From a virus (Duplodnaviria; Heunggongvirae; Uroviricota; Caudoviricetes): a DNA stretch of 12,479 nucleotides. Within the stretch, counting starts at the first letter, position 1, and every line of letters starts with the position of its first letter. The stretch lies in IMG/VR virus record IMGVR_UViG_3300034160_000140, one strand, 5' to 3'. Made by a program: the position numbers and the translations under genes. The notes beneath the pieces were generated by a model. It saw nothing but the letters and a program-made list of their open reading frames with translations, searched no databases and had not been told where the DNA came from. Positions 1-7,028 of the stretch are shown here, in pieces.

Positions 1-89
1 TTGAACATCAGTGTGTACTCTCGTATGACTGTGTTGATGAGATTACTGGAGCATCCGCACTCAATCTTTATGCGGTTGACAAAAAGTAA
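1..89 (+). CDS. 3' end of a hypothetical protein (partial, ...EHQCVLSYDCVDEITGASALNLYAVDKK*)
   Basis: Open frame from base 3 to TAA at 87-89, followed by an intrinsic terminator at 110-129. Confidence 0.55.
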   Translation, partial: EHQCVLSYDCVDEITGASALNLYAVDKK

Positions 90-109
90 CACTGTAACAA
101 AAATAAATG

Positions 110-129
110 AACCGCTTCGGCGGTTTTTT
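110..129 (+). terminator. Intrinsic terminator
   Basis: AACCGC-TTCG-GCGGTT stem-loop (cUUCGg loop) plus T-run to 129. Confidence 0.9.
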
Positions 130-130
130 G

Positions 131-159
131 TTGCATGACCGTTCAATATTGTTTATAAT
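131..159 (+). promoter_or_regulatory. sigma70-type promoter
   Basis: TTGCAT (131-136) - 17 bp - TATAAT (154-159). Confidence 0.8.
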
Positions 160-187
160 TGTTGTAATTAATCAGAGAGATATGTAA

Positions 188-391
188 ATGATCGCGTGCA
201 GTTGTCCAAAATGTAGCACCTATGGTAATGCTTCTTATTGCATCAATGACATCATTGATGAAGGTAAGGCAGAATATGAATCCAGTCGTAAAAAGTCAGA
301 TTTCTGGATGAAGTTTTCGCTGTGTGCAGCCGGAATATTTTGTTCTATTCCTGTTGTTATTCGTATTTTAGATTATTTTGTTAAGTCGTAA
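188..391 (+). CDS. Small hypothetical protein, Cys-rich N-terminus and C-terminal hydrophobic helix
   Basis: 67 aa ORF between a promoter and a terminator; CSCPKC...YC at N-terminus; FSLCAAGIFCSIPVVIRILDYF hydrophobic. Confidence 0.7.
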   Translation: MIACSCPKCSTYGNASYCINDIIDEGKAEYESSRKKSDFWMKFSLCAAGIFCSIPVVIRILDYFVKS

Positions 392-412
392 GTAGTTAAT
401 TTTGAATACAAT

Positions 413-438
413 AAAGGAACCTTGTGGTTCCTTTTTTT
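413..438. terminator. Bidirectional intrinsic terminator between convergent genes
   Basis: AAAGGAACC-TTGT-GGTTCCTTT with T-run to 438. Confidence 0.85.
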
Positions 439-1138
439 AATGTATGTTTATCATGGCAATCAGTAACTTATCTTCTTCTGTCAAATCTTCCAATGTCTTT
501 ATTTCATTTTCTTTAATGTAGTTAAGATATTGACGCTTGCTGTATTTAACGCCACCCATATTTATATGATCTTTTTCTACTATAATACCCTTTTTTTCAA
601 GTGATGTGAGTTCAAATTCATTGCCATATGTATAACTGTATTCAAAATATAAATCAGTACAACTGTCGAATAAATACAATGATTTAAATTCATTATCGTT
701 TATATATGACTTTTTAATGAGTGGCATATATATTTTTCTGTAACTGTTAAGTTTAAAAATAAATCCTAATCCCAAAATAAGGATAACCGTTATATTCAAA
801 ACATGCCCAAATATACTATGATTCTCATAGTTTGATGCATAAAACATCATTGAGTAGATCAAACCTAGTATTATTAGATATTTAAACCCTTCTGGTAAAA
901 ATATGGTTCTTTTTTTATAGTCACGCTTCGAATAGTTTGTTTTATAGTAACTTAGTATGCCGACCATCACAAACATGGCTATGATGTCTAATGTAATGTA
1001 AGTTGCCAATACTTTTTCTATTGGTGTATTAAAGGTGTAAATAGCCACAATAGACAACATCAGATAAAATGATGCTACTATTATTTTATTGCTATATATA
1101 CTTTCTTTTAATGTTTTAAAGTAATTTTTCATTTTCAT
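437..1138 (-). CDS. AT-rich multi-pass membrane hypothetical protein (start may be the second ATG at 1132)
   Basis: 233 aa ORF; about 4 hydrophobic segments in the first 130 aa, soluble C-terminal domain; AGGA on the minus strand upstream of ATG AAA ATG. Confidence 0.8.
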   Translation of the reverse strand: MKMKNYFKTLKESIYSNKIIVASFYLMLSIVAIYTFNTPIEKVLATYITLDIIAMFVMVGILSYYKTNYSKRDYKKRTIFLPEGFKYLIILGLIYSMMFYASNYENHSIFGHVLNITVILILGLGFIFKLNSYRKIYMPLIKKSYINDNEFKSLYLFDSCTDLYFEYSYTYGNEFELTSLEKKGIIVEKDHINMGGVKYSKRQYLNYIKENEIKTLEDLTEEDKLLIAMINIH

Positions 1139-1201
1139 TCCTTTCTGTGCTCACATCATTACATTTATTTTTTGTTTTTCAATCTTTTTTGATTATAAAT
1201 C

Positions 1202-1230
1202 TTACATTTTTTGTTTAATTATGATAGAAT
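1202..1230 (+). promoter_or_regulatory. sigma70-type promoter with extended -10, heading the 1257-2451 operon
   Basis: TTACAT - 17 bp - TAGAAT (1225-1230), TG at 1222-1223. Confidence 0.65.
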
Positions 1231-1256
1231 ACACACTATTATTTCAGAGGTGAGTT

Positions 1257-1448
1257 ATGGAAAATCTGAAAGCCGTTGGCACCTTTCTGTTGTTAACCGC
1301 TGTTCTGGTATTCATTGTTTTTACCATAGTTGTGAAATCGAATCGATTTGGTGAGTGTTTGGAGGTCAATTCCTTCATGTATTGTACATTTACTCAACGA
1401 GACTTTTTGCTTTGGGATACTTTATATCCTTTCAAAAAGAATAATTAA
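1257..1448 (+). CDS. Small membrane protein, paralogue of 1465-1668
   Basis: GAGGTG SD; N-terminal TM; C-x8-C followed by TQxxFxxWDxxxP shared with the next ORF. Confidence 0.8.
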   Translation: MENLKAVGTFLLLTAVLVFIVFTIVVKSNRFGECLEVNSFMYCTFTQRDFLLWDTLYPFKKNN

Positions 1449-1464
1449 TTATTGGAGATCTTTC

Positions 1465-1668
1465 ATGGTAATGTTGAAGAAAATTTTTAGTTTTATTGGT
1501 TACGGACTCATTTGTTTGGTTTTCTTGGTAGTCGTTGTCGGCTTATTGATGGCTTCACAAGATCGAATGGACACCTGTTTGAAACAAGAATCAACGTCTT
1601 ATTGTGCCATGACCCAGCAAAAGTTTGTATTCTGGGATATGGTCAATCCGTTGTCTGATAAAAAATAA
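1465..1668 (+). CDS. Small membrane protein, paralogue of 1257-1448
   Basis: GGAG at 1454-1457 before ATG 1465 (the track start at 1348 is an upstream extension); TM then CLKQESTSYCAMTQQKFVFWDMVNP. Confidence 0.8.
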   Translation: MVMLKKIFSFIGYGLICLVFLVVVVGLLMASQDRMDTCLKQESTSYCAMTQQKFVFWDMVNPLSDKK

Positions 1669-1686
1669 TCTAGTCGAGCGAAACTT

Positions 1687-2055
1687 ATGAACATTGTCGT
1701 TATTCAAAAAAATAAACCATGTCCATTGCCGGTGGAGACTGACCGTTCTAATCATAATGTTGTGGCTGAATATGGTGATATTTACAGTAAAGATGAGATA
1801 GCACTTGCCAAACAAAAACTTATTCAAGCACGAAATGTAGTTGTTAATAGAAATCATTTCTTCTTGACGATGGCAATGCAAATTTTGTTTGCTGATGCAT
1901 CAAGCTGGCTAAAAACCTATTCAATGGCGGGCACTCATTTCTATTTCAATACTGGGTATGTTTTCAATACCCATGCTGATGATCTTGCCGACTTTTTTGA
2001 AGAAGAACTTAAGTGTTATGCTCTTAATTTTCTTGCAATGAAAACTGTTTTTTGA
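1687..2055 (+). CDS. Truncated DUF2201-N (putative metallopeptidase)-like domain with degenerate HExxH
   Basis: KLIQARNVVVNRNHFFLTMAMQILFADASSWLKTYSMAGTHFYFNTGY matches by eye the DUF2201 N-terminal pattern (xARxxLxxxxPFFxxxAxxL..DASxW.xTAATDGxxxYYNxxF); HExxHC position reads EEELKC. Confidence 0.65.
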   Translation: MNIVVIQKNKPCPLPVETDRSNHNVVAEYGDIYSKDEIALAKQKLIQARNVVVNRNHFFLTMAMQILFADASSWLKTYSMAGTHFYFNTGYVFNTHADDLADFFEEELKCYALNFLAMKTVF

Positions 2056-2097
2056 TAGAATAGCTCCATCAACTCAACGACACAAAGGAAATACATC

Positions 2098-2451
2098 ATG
2101 TCCCAAGCTAAGAACCTGCCTAATCTGCCAGTCAAAAAATTTGCTTTGGCTCTCTGCAGCAAGAATGTTTGGGGTGTAATCACCTCCGACCAGCCAAAAG
2201 AAATTACCTTTGGTGATGGTTCTACCAGCACTTGCCATACCGGTTTTGCTTGCCGTGGCACTGTCATCGCAGGTTGGGGTGAAAAGGAAGGCACTACTGT
2301 CATCAAGCAAGAAGGTGACTTGTGGGCTTCCCGTAACCCACACGTTGTAGCCTACTTGGGCGACTTCGATGGAGCTGACCTGAACGACCCGCTGGTTCTG
2401 GCTGAAATCTTGGCTTATGGCCGTCACAAACTGTCTTGCATGAACCTGTAG
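2098..2451 (+). CDS. Hypothetical protein
   Basis: 117 aa, AAGGA SD, followed by a terminator; strongly biased codon usage (CTG, CGT, GGT, GAA). Confidence 0.85.
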   Translation: MSQAKNLPNLPVKKFALALCSKNVWGVITSDQPKEITFGDGSTSTCHTGFACRGTVIAGWGEKEGTTVIKQEGDLWASRNPHVVAYLGDFDGADLNDPLVLAEILAYGRHKLSCMNL

Positions 2452-2473
2452 TAAGGTTCACTCAGTAGACAAT

Positions 2474-2498
2474 AAAGGCCACCTTCGGGTGGCTTTTT
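2474..2498 (+). terminator. Intrinsic terminator
   Basis: GCCACC-TTCG-GGTGGC plus T-run. Confidence 0.9.
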
Positions 2499-2499
2499 C

Positions 2500-2528
2500 T
2501 TTACCTAGTACTTTGATTGTGGTATAAT
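2500..2528 (+). promoter_or_regulatory. sigma70-type promoter, extended -10
   Basis: TTTACC - 17 bp - TATAAT (2523-2528), TG at 2520-2521. Confidence 0.75.
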
Positions 2529-2555
2529 CCATTATCAATTAGAGAGGTTTCGACA

Positions 2556-3200
2556 ATGGCTCTTGCTCCCGCAGAAATCAACATCAAAAATCACATCATC
2601 CAATTTCCTGACTTGTTTCAAAGTCGTTTTTCGGTGTTGAAATTTGTATTGTTGAGCGATCCAGAATCGTGCTGGGCACAAGATGGCATTATTTACTCTC
2701 GGCATATTTCGACCCAAGATGTTACAAATCCAAAACTGAACACCAGTCACCTACCAGATGTTCCAGCAGAATTGGCAGATCTTTGTGCCTCTCATATTAC
2801 TCCAATGCAAATTAATCGTGAAATTGAATTGGCGAAGTATTTGGTGATTGAAAAGCATTTGGACACCATCGTTAAGGTTGAGATGCCCAACGAGAAGGCT
2901 ATGTCTGCCGCTGATGTTCGTCAAATTAATGATTACTCGTTGATCTTTCAAGTGCCTGATAATGTGGAAGCCAGTTGGCGTGTAGCGGTTCGTGAAGTCT
3001 TGCAAGCAGCTATTATTGCTACCAAGCAGGAATATTGCAATCATCGCTGTGATGGATCTCACGCTGACCACTGGGTCTATCCCTTTGCGTTTAAAACCTA
3101 CCATAAACTGTTGGGTGAACAGAAACGCTTTATGCCTAAATTAAACATTTCACCAGCCACAGCAGAAAAACTTAAACAACTTCGTGGTTTGTTAGGTTAA
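2556..3200 (+). CDS. Hypothetical protein (214 aa)
   Basis: GAGAGG SD before ATG 2556; the track start TTG 2517 lies upstream of the -10 box and is rejected. Confidence 0.85.
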   Translation: MALAPAEINIKNHIIQFPDLFQSRFSVLKFVLLSDPESCWAQDGIIYSRHISTQDVTNPKLNTSHLPDVPAELADLCASHITPMQINREIELAKYLVIEKHLDTIVKVEMPNEKAMSAADVRQINDYSLIFQVPDNVEASWRVAVREVLQAAIIATKQEYCNHRCDGSHADHWVYPFAFKTYHKLLGEQKRFMPKLNISPATAEKLKQLRGLLG

Positions 3201-3224
3201 ATGTAGCTATCCACAATAAATAGC

Positions 3225-3253
3225 TTGTTCAAAAAAAAGGTTTATTGTATAAT
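3225..3253 (+). promoter_or_regulatory. sigma70-type promoter
   Basis: TTGTTC - 17 bp - TATAAT (3248-3253). Confidence 0.75.
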
Positions 3254-3283
3254 GGCTACACACAAACCGATGAGGCAACAACC

Positions 3284-3571
3284 ATGATTACGTCTTCTTA
3301 TCTCAAACGTCCAGTCGTGATAATGAAGGTTCGTGCAGCCGTTGTGGAAGCCACAAAAGCGGCTGTTGATAGCGATGGGCATGGTCGAGCCTATATCACC
3401 GATTATGAAGACAATAACATCATGCGGTTGGATGTCTTTGTGCCGGGAAATCATGATTTATTCCCTGCTGGTGGTGTGATTGTCTACGGTGAAGGATCTA
3501 AGCAGATTACCAGTTTGGTCGAAGATTCCATTGGCAAACGATTCAGTGAGTTGTTGAACTTTTCCGTTTAA
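3284..3571 (+). CDS. Hypothetical protein (95 aa)
   Basis: GAGG SD before ATG 3284; terminator follows. Confidence 0.8.
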   Translation: MITSSYLKRPVVIMKVRAAVVEATKAAVDSDGHGRAYITDYEDNNIMRLDVFVPGNHDLFPAGGVIVYGEGSKQITSLVEDSIGKRFSELLNFSV

Positions 3572-3591
3572 TTAATTTCAACGTATTAACT

Positions 3592-3618
3592 AAAAAGAGC
3601 CTTGATGGCTCTTTTTTT
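3592..3618 (+). terminator. Intrinsic terminator (potentially bidirectional); copy 1 of a 24-bp repeat
   Basis: AAAAAGAGCC-TTGAT-GGCTCTTTTT; 3594-3617 identical to 4890-4913. Confidence 0.9.
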
Positions 3619-3629
3619 GTTTGCCATTA

Positions 3630-3660
3630 TATTTGATTTAATAACATTATCTGTTATAGT
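3630..3660 (+). promoter_or_regulatory. Promoter of pilin-like paralogue 1
   Basis: TATTTGATTTA-N12-GTTATAGT; TTGATT - 16 bp - TATAGT, TG at 3652-3653. Confidence 0.6.
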
Positions 3661-3687
3661 TGCTATGAATATAATATTGAGTAATCT

Positions 3688-4278
3688 ATGATTTTAAATA
3701 AGACTAAACAAACAGGCACTATTGGATTTGATGTAATAATGGTAATCGGCATTATGTTGTTGATTATTGCTGTTACATTGACACTTTATGGATCTGCCAG
3801 AGATAAAAGAAATGAGCAAGAAGTTAATTATTTAGGGTTGCTCTATCATTTAAGTTTTTCTAGTGGGAATGGATTAATTGTTTATAATGAAAAAGAAGTG
3901 TCGGACATTCAAAAAACTGTTATTAAATCATTAGATTGCACCAAAAATTATTGTACTCCAATACAAACGGCTCTTTCAATTGGATCTTTTATTTCCATTA
4001 ATTACACTAATGGTGTTGCACATGATATTAAAATTTATTCAACTAATGTAAGTTCTATTTTCTTCAAGAATAACAAAAGCTCTTATTTTTATAGTGAGAA
4101 ATTTCAGCTTGAAAAAACCACACTTGATGAACACCCTGATTATGCCTATCCATTAAGTATCCAGCCAAAGTTAACTCATGAATATTACTTAGCCACTGAT
4201 CTAACCAATCCAGTAAGTGAAGATGTATGTATTCCATCTGGTTTGGATTGTTATGATGTTTTACATTATAGGCTTTAA
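3688..4278 (+). CDS. Type IV pilin-like membrane protein, paralogue 1
   Basis: KQTG|TIGFD then 20 hydrophobic residues (prepilin-like, Asp at +5); aligns with 4999 and 7072 proteins including two Cys pairs (LDCTKNYC; VCIPSGLDCYDVL). Confidence 0.6.
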   Translation: MILNKTKQTGTIGFDVIMVIGIMLLIIAVTLTLYGSARDKRNEQEVNYLGLLYHLSFSSGNGLIVYNEKEVSDIQKTVIKSLDCTKNYCTPIQTALSIGSFISINYTNGVAHDIKIYSTNVSSIFFKNNKSSYFYSEKFQLEKTTLDEHPDYAYPLSIQPKLTHEYYLATDLTNPVSEDVCIPSGLDCYDVLHYRL

Positions 4279-4283
4279 AAAAA

Positions 4284-4312
4284 TTGAAAATATAGTTTTT
4301 TCTTGCTATAAT
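4284..4312 (+). promoter_or_regulatory. sigma70-type promoter, extended -10
   Basis: TTGAAA - 17 bp - TATAAT (4307-4312), TG at 4304-4305. Confidence 0.85.
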
Positions 4313-4358
4313 CTTTGAGTTGTTTATCGACAATGTTAAGCCATTATGAGGATCATTA

Positions 4359-4592
4359 ATGCGAATTATTCGTATGGGATATTGCAAGAAAATGCGATTT
4401 GCTTACATTCAGGCTAATTTTTTGGAAAGAGTCTTCATCGACCTAAAAATCAAAAAACGTACTTCTGGTGTGTTCCGCACTCAATCTCTTGGGGCATGGG
4501 CAAATAAAGCACAATACCTACTTGTTCCACGATCAACCAAAGGTCATGGTCTTTTTTCAGATAAGGAAAAAGCTGAGTATTATCGTAATTAA
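4359..4592 (+). CDS. Small basic hypothetical protein
   Basis: GAGGA SD at 4348-4352; own promoter; Lys/Arg-rich 77 aa. Confidence 0.7.
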   Translation: MRIIRMGYCKKMRFAYIQANFLERVFIDLKIKKRTSGVFRTQSLGAWANKAQYLLVPRSTKGHGLFSDKEKAEYYRN

Positions 4593-4595
4593 TAT

Positions 4596-4624
4596 TTGCT
4601 AAAAGAAATCGTTTTTGTTATAAT
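4596..4624 (+). promoter_or_regulatory. sigma70-type promoter, extended -10
   Basis: TTGCTA - 17 bp - TATAAT (4619-4624), TG at 4616-4617. Confidence 0.8.
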
Positions 4625-4653
4625 TAAATCTCAATTCAAAGAGGATTTTCATT

Positions 4654-4863
4654 ATGAGCATTCATCCCATCGTTAAAGATTTTCTCGCACAGCCTCTGCC
4701 CGATGATGCCTACAAAGCAGCTTCATTGGATGAACACAAGATGCCTTCTCGGGCTTCGTTTGAACGAGTCAATCGCCTGCTGGCTAGCTCGACGCCAGCT
4801 CAAATAGAAAAAGCCCGTAATGCCGCTCACCAGTATCTGTTTGGTAAATCGCCTAAACAGTGA
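4654..4863 (+). CDS. Small hypothetical protein
   Basis: GAGGA SD; 69 aa; promoter upstream, terminator downstream. Confidence 0.8.
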   Translation: MSIHPIVKDFLAQPLPDDAYKAASLDEHKMPSRASFERVNRLLASSTPAQIEKARNAAHQYLFGKSPKQ

Positions 4864-4889
4864 AGTGCTGAAAAAGTCCACTTACAATT

Positions 4890-4913
4890 AAAGAGCCTTG
4901 ATGGCTCTTTTTT
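4890..4913 (+). terminator. Intrinsic terminator; copy 2 of the 24-bp repeat
   Basis: AAAGAGCC-TTGAT-GGCTCTTTTTT. Confidence 0.9.
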
Positions 4914-4937
4914 ATTGCTTAAATTCAATACATTTCG

Positions 4938-4968
4938 TATTTGATTTATCAATGATATTCGTTATATT
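4938..4968 (+). promoter_or_regulatory. Promoter of pilin-like paralogue 2
   Basis: TATTTGATTTA-N12-GTTATATT, same geometry as 3630-3660. Confidence 0.6.
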
Positions 4969-4998
4969 TTATTACGTCCGTAATATTTGGAGGGGCTT

Positions 4999-5613
4999 AT
5001 GAGTGCTAATAAAATCATTATTATAAAAAGCGAATTTATAATAATTACATCTATTTTAGTTATGATTATTATCTTGTCTTTTTGTACTTTCTATGAGTAT
5101 AAGCGAAAAACAGTTGTGGAGAATGTAAATTATTTAGCGTTCATCTATCATTTAGGCTTATCTAATAATACTGATGGCGTATATATCATTAACTATGATC
5201 AAGCATTAAACATTCAAAAAGATGTCATTAAAAATCTAAATTGTTCAAGAGATAAAGACTACTGTTTTACATTTGATGATAAATTGGTTTCAGGTGCTTT
5301 TATTGAAATCAGTTACATTAATAATAAAGTTGATTATCTTAAAATATATTCTAAAAAGATTGGTTTTATTTTTAATAACAATGTCGCAATGGAACCTTAT
5401 TCAAAAGGATTATTTCCGCCTGAGTCGATTACGCAAAGTGAAAGCTTTCGCGTTGGAAGACCTAACACTTTGGTTATTGCTGATATGATGAACCATGTGA
5501 AGCATGAATATTACAATGAATACAATTTGGGCAAACGGATTACAGAAGAAGAGTGTATGCTGGCTAAAAATCAGTGTTTTGATGTTCTTTTTTACGAAAA
5601 AAACCCTGCATGA
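4999..5613 (+). CDS. Pilin-like family membrane protein, paralogue 2 (no recognisable prepilin cleavage site)
   Basis: GGAGG at 4989-4993 gives ATG 4999; N-terminal TM; VNYLAFIYHL..IQKDVIKNLNC..YC..GAFIEISY..LKIYS aligns with VNYLGLLYHL..IQKTVIKSLDC..YC..GSFISINY..IKIYS of 3688. Confidence 0.65.
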   Translation: MSANKIIIIKSEFIIITSILVMIIILSFCTFYEYKRKTVVENVNYLAFIYHLGLSNNTDGVYIINYDQALNIQKDVIKNLNCSRDKDYCFTFDDKLVSGAFIEISYINNKVDYLKIYSKKIGFIFNNNVAMEPYSKGLFPPESITQSESFRVGRPNTLVIADMMNHVKHEYYNEYNLGKRITEEECMLAKNQCFDVLFYEKNPA

Positions 5614-5627
5614 CACTCATGAAGACG

Positions 5628-5656
5628 TTGACGAAAAAAGTCTTTTTTGCTATAAT
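5628..5656 (+). promoter_or_regulatory. Near-consensus sigma70 promoter, extended -10
   Basis: TTGACG - 17 bp - TATAAT (5651-5656), TG at 5648-5649. Confidence 0.9.
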
Positions 5657-5686
5657 ACATTCACTAAAAACCAATAGAGATCCAAC

Positions 5687-6103
5687 ATGACTGCGATTAT
5701 CGTTAGCGACAAAATCAAAGTTCCAGAAGGGCAAGAAAACAATCCTTGCGTGGGTTGTGGTGCTTGCTGTGCCTACTTTCGTGCATCCTTTCACTGGATG
5801 GAATGCGAATCGGCTGGCGGCACCGTCCCTGATGACACCGTTGTTCAGGTCAGTCCACACCATGTCGCCATGAAGGGTACTGATAGCTCCACATCCCCTT
5901 ACTGCGTTAATCTGACTGGAACCATCGGTGTCGATGCGTTTTGCGGTGGTTACGCCACTCGTTCTTCTACTTGCCGTGATGGTTTTCCAGCTTCCTATGA
6001 AGATGGTGAAAAGAATGAGCGGTGTGATAAGGCTCGGGCAAAACACGGCCTTCGTGAGTTGACACCAGAAGATTGGGCTTGGAAAAATGCAATCACGGCT
6101 TAA
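5687..6103 (+). CDS. ykgJ: YkgJ family cysteine-cluster (zinc/iron-chelating, CxxCxxCC) protein
   Basis: NPCVGCGACCAYFRASFHW.E...AGGTVP...RSSTCR...NERCDKARAKHGL matches the E. coli YkgJ pattern. Confidence 0.9.
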   Translation: MTAIIVSDKIKVPEGQENNPCVGCGACCAYFRASFHWMECESAGGTVPDDTVVQVSPHHVAMKGTDSSTSPYCVNLTGTIGVDAFCGGYATRSSTCRDGFPASYEDGEKNERCDKARAKHGLRELTPEDWAWKNAITA

Positions 6104-6121
6104 TAATTTCAAATAAATCAT

Positions 6122-6141
6122 GGGGCTTCGGCCCCTTTTTT
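6122..6141 (+). terminator. Intrinsic terminator
   Basis: GGGGC-TTCG-GCCCC plus TTTTTT. Confidence 0.9.
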
Positions 6142-6142
6142 G

Positions 6143-6171
6143 TTGTTTTTGATTGGTTACAGTGGTATAAT
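6143..6171 (+). promoter_or_regulatory. sigma70-type promoter, extended -10
   Basis: TTGTTT - 17 bp - TATAAT (6166-6171), TG at 6163-6164. Confidence 0.8.
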
Positions 6172-6197
6172 GAGTTATCAAAACGAGGATAAGCCCG

Positions 6198-6566
6198 ATG
6201 AAAACTTTGAATGCCGAAACCGTCAAAATCCAGTTGAACGCTTGTGGTGTTAAGGTTAATGATATTTCGAGTGATTTGAAGAAAATCGTTGAAGCCACCG
6301 TTTCATCCAGCCAAGAATCAGCATTCATTGAAGCGAAGGTTAATGCCATTCGACTCGATTTGGCAGCAAAAGACTCCGATTTTAACCCAAAAGACATTGT
6401 TTTTTCCTTCTCTCCATTGCCCCGTTCGGTGATCGTTTACAAAAATCAGCCGTTCATTGTCGATTGCTCTCACAAAAATGGATTGTTCTTGATTTCGATG
6501 TGTGGCGAAGAGTATGAAAGTGCTCCTGTTGCAGAATACCCAGTTATTGGCACAATTACCATTTAA
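6198..6566 (+). CDS. Hypothetical protein
   Basis: GAGGA SD; 122 aa. Confidence 0.85.
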   Translation: MKTLNAETVKIQLNACGVKVNDISSDLKKIVEATVSSSQESAFIEAKVNAIRLDLAAKDSDFNPKDIVFSFSPLPRSVIVYKNQPFIVDCSHKNGLFLISMCGEEYESAPVAEYPVIGTITI

Positions 6567-6575
6567 GGAATTGAC

Positions 6576-6959
6576 ATGAACTACAATATTGAAAATTACG
6601 AAGATAAGCAAATGGCTACCGTCTCCAAGTGGTTTGTTGGCATTTTTGTGGTTATTGTTGTCGCTGTTTTTTATCAAGTAATTGTCAATGGTTATCAACC
6701 TACCGGAAAAAAATCGGAATTGATGAGCATAGAAGCCAATATTATTACCAGCGAACAGACTAGTAGTTTTCTTGTTCGTATTTATGACAAACAGATTGAA
6801 GGTGGTTTTCGTTGCCGGTCTGAACCGATTAAAAAACGAGCGAAACTCTTTTATCGTATGGCAGAAGTTAAAACAGTCACCGGCAAGTTGAAAATTGTCC
6901 CTGTTTTTGATGATGTATTGAGTTGCAAAAGCATTATGTCAGATGTTCAAGTTTCATAA
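6576..6959 (+). CDS. Single-pass membrane hypothetical protein
   Basis: AAGGA SD; WFVGIFVVIVVAVFY TM then beta-rich domain with two Cys. Confidence 0.8.
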   Translation: MNYNIENYEDKQMATVSKWFVGIFVVIVVAVFYQVIVNGYQPTGKKSELMSIEANIITSEQTSSFLVRIYDKQIEGGFRCRSEPIKKRAKLFYRMAEVKTVTGKLKIVPVFDDVLSCKSIMSDVQVS

Positions 6960-6970
6960 ATAGGTATGTT

Positions 6971-6998
6971 AAAAAAGCCTCCTTCGTGGAGGTTTTTT
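6971..6998 (+). terminator. Intrinsic terminator (potentially bidirectional)
   Basis: AAAAAAGCCTCC-TTCGT-GGAGGTTTTTT. Confidence 0.9.
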
Positions 6999-7028
6999 AT
7001 TTGCTTTTTTTATATTATTTGTTATTAT
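6998..7028 (+). promoter_or_regulatory. Promoter of pilin-like paralogue 3
   Basis: TATTTGCTTTT-N12-GTTATTAT; TTGCTT - 16 bp - TATTAT, TG at 7020-7021. Confidence 0.6.

Larger units (their letters stand above)
3594..4913 (+). repeat. 24-bp perfect direct repeat AAAGAGCCTTGATGGCTCTTTTTT at 3594-3617 and 4890-4913
   Basis: Base-by-base identity. Confidence 0.95.

Noticed and set aside
1141-1200. Minus-strand promoter for 437-1138
   Set aside because: TTGAAA and TATAAT candidates exist but not at a workable spacing from each other, so no call is made
1591-1881. 96-aa minus-strand ORF
   Set aside because: Overlaps two supported plus-strand genes; no SD or motif
2016-2427. Minus-strand ORFs 2016-2306 and 2074-2427
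   Set aside because: Shadows of the well-supported 2098-2451 gene
3202-3260. TGTAGC/GCTACA and AGCTAT/ATAGCT inverted repeats around the 3225 promoter
   Set aside because: 6-bp arms are expected by chance, and there is no T-run; at most a weak terminator
2535-3454. Minus-strand ORFs 2535-2750, 2751-3104 and 3242-3454
   Set aside because: Antisense to supported genes, with no expression signals
5564-6397. 277-aa minus-strand ORF
   Set aside because: Antisense shadow of ykgJ and 6198-6566, which have promoters, SD sites and (for ykgJ) clear homology; no SD or recognisable motif of its own
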